A DNA stretch of 64,000 bases from Chiloscyllium plagiosum (lineage: Eukaryota): positions 19,769,269-19,833,268 of the forward strand of contig NC_057720.1 of assembly GCF_004010195.1 (NCBI RefSeq), given 5' to 3'. Positions 61,641 to 64,000 of this stretch are shown here, in pieces. The notes under the pieces were generated by a model, which saw only the letters and a program-made list of their open reading frames with translations, was not told where the DNA came from and ran no database searches. The translations under genes and the position numbers were made by a program. Positions within the stretch are counted from its first letter, which is position 1, and each line of letters begins with the position of its first letter.

Positions 61641-62611
61641 CCAATTTATTATTCTTTGCTGTTCTTTATATTCTGCCCAATCTTCTGACCAGCACAATTT
61701 TGCACAATTATATACTTGCCATCAAAGCTGGTCTTATATTTGATGATTTAGTATATAATCAGAAATATTAATAGCTGACTCTGTTTAATGCATTTTGAAT
61801 GATCTGGGAACCTGCTACTGTTCCTGGCAAAGAGGGGCTGAAAGGCCAGGCTGAAATACTGTAGGTAATCTAATCTAATCTAAACCATATAGCAAGATCT
61901 CAACATCCACAATTGATTTAAATTAGTGGTGTAGGGGGAAGTAATAAATGGTAGCACATTAGACCCTGATTCTGGGAATATTAATTAATTTGAAGAAGGT
62001 AGGAAATGTAGCAAGTTAATGTAGAAGTGTTGCAAATAATAAGGAGAACATGGCTGATCTTAAGGTCAGCCTAGACTGGTGAAATGCACAGAAAAATGGC
62101 AGGTGCTAAATAAATTGGCTGAGACCACAAGATGGTGGACCAAGAATGTGTTATCATTCACTGTAATTTTGGTGACTAATGGCCAAACCAGGAGTCCAGT
62201 GAGTTGGCCATGATCACATACTTTGAGGACCAACAGAATTTCACAAACTTGGAAACCTTAAGAATACATGGCTGAAGATTATTATTCTAGTTTCTATTTG
62301 GGAAGATGTCTTAAAAAGAATACACCGGTGCCACTTAGTCGCAGACGAGGCTCAATCAATAATGTGATGGTCAGAGAGCTCAATGGAAATTAAACTTATT
62401 GTTAAATCTGTGATTGCACAATATTGGAAACTACAAAACAGACTTATCATCATTGAAGAAATGAAAGTTTGTGAGAAGATGTAGATGAGGAGAAAAGGAA
62501 TGTGCAGTACAACCCACTTGAAGTCATTGACAAATCTGTAACTGAAGTTGCTCAGACAGCAAACTAGAATGATGAATGAACGGTACTGCAAAAACAACAG
62601 ACAACTGTGGT

Positions 62612-62720
62612 TGCCAGTTCTGAAGAAAGGTCACTGGACCCAAAATGTTAGCTCTACTATCTCTCCACAAATGCTGCCAGACCTGCTGAGTTTTTCCAGC
62701 AATTTCTGCTTTTGTTTCAA
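62612..62720 (+). mobile_element. PLE family C terminal fragment with decayed hammerhead
   Basis: AGTT-CTGAAGA-A-AGGTC(ACTG)GACCC-AAAA-TGTT; reverse complement of 23645-23745. Confidence 0.6.
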
Positions 62721-64000
62721 ACTGTAGATTTGGCTTTGGTGCAGATGATGAGATGACATGAGCAACATTTCAACCTATTGTCTTCCAAAGAAGAATAATC
62801 AATTTCAGGGACAAAGATAATGCCGAGTCAGCAGTAATTCTCCAGTAACATGACTGACAATGCGAAAATGCCTCGTTCATAAGAAGGGCATCCAGAGAGG
62901 GTGCATGAAGGTGTCAAAACTCCTCAACAGGTTGAAGTGCTTACACTCTTCAACAGCAGGTTAAAGATTTGCTTGCTTAATGTACTGATCTTGCAGCGAA
63001 GTGAGATCTCTAGTTGCAGCTTATCTCACTTATACTAATAACAGCTCAAATCAGTGTTGTTCTTTAGGAACTGCAACTATGGGCCTACTATGAAGGCAAC
63101 AAGATTGTTTCAACAGCAGAACAAGATGTAGATACATTGTGACCTTTGGCTTCAGTTGCACAGAACACATGAATGTCTCAGTCTATTTGAAAGGGCTAAA
63201 TTGAATAGAGATTCTTCTAGGTAACTTCAATTTTTGATACGCACCTTTTAATTTAATCAATTGATAAATAATGCTTAACACAAATCTAAAAGTGGTGTTC
63301 AACAGTAAAACCACAAGTCAAATCTTTGTGAGCCTCTGTAAATCATTTGACATTTATGCAGTTATGCTTGAGATGCAAAGATATTATACTGTTTGTTTGC
63401 TAGATTGCTATTCAAGACTTATCCATGTGTCATAACCACAAACACCCAGAAATATACTGTGGTCAAAGAACCCTGTCACTAAAGTGTTGACAGCTCCTTA
63501 GGAATTCTCCGGCTGAAAGCTTTTTAAAAAAGGTTAAGGTAGTTGATGTCTGGGTAATTTTGAATCACAGCATACGTGGATGTTTTCTCATTATTTTATT
63601 ATTTGCATATGAAAAGATTCTTTAGAGTTGTGTTTCAATTTTGTTATTATCCCAGCACTGTCAGTCAGTGCTGCTTCCCACACTGGTGCATTCCATCTGG
63701 TAAAGAATTTGAGGCCACACACCATTACCAAAGGGAACATTCTGATGCAGATTGTAATTACTTCAACACTCAGACATTCAGTGAGTGAAGGGCTGCACTG
63801 TGTCTAAAACTTCTGGTTAAGGGTCTGCACTGGACTTGTGAATAAATCCCTTCTAACAGATTCTCATCTGTTCTTTTTAAACACTCTTTTAAAAATTAGC
63901 ACATGTTTGATTATGATTTTTAATTGTACAGTGGGATGAAATAGCAATATCAGCCACAGAAATGTTGATTTGTTTGATCAGGTGCCTGTGCCACACCTCA

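Noticed and set aside
53611..64000. Search for the ABCA4 exon 5 equivalent
   Set aside because: No convincing match by eye; probably beyond the window, though a tblastn could still find it

Overview
Eukaryotic, repeat-rich genomic DNA, almost certainly from a shark: it carries HE1-type SINEs, HER1/CR1 LINEs and DeuSINE-like copies. A bamboo- or epaulette-type carpet shark is a guess. The window lies inside one minus-strand gene, ABCA4 (retinal ABCA transporter). I traced 21 consecutive GT-AG exons (equivalent to human exons 6-26, 53610->1228). They splice into an uninterrupted 3631-nt frame covering most of ECD1, TMD1, NBD1 and R1. Two coding oddities: (1) the TMD1-NBD1 linker is greatly enlarged by a 393-nt Lys/Glu-rich exon containing a 30-bp coding minisatellite, ([10 protein letters not shown])x4; (2) a Cys-rich mini-exon follows NBD1. 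The introns hold many retroelements. The most interesting non-coding signal is three families of Penelope-like element (PLE) remnants carrying minimal type-I hammerhead ribozyme motifs. Many are 100-250-bp fold-back insertions with 10-18-bp target-site duplications (TSDs), and their breakpoints cluster on the ribozyme. There is an 837-nt assembly gap (25715-26551) inside one such inverted repeat. Family names and human exon sizes are from memory, not from a database search, and repeat boundaries are approximate.
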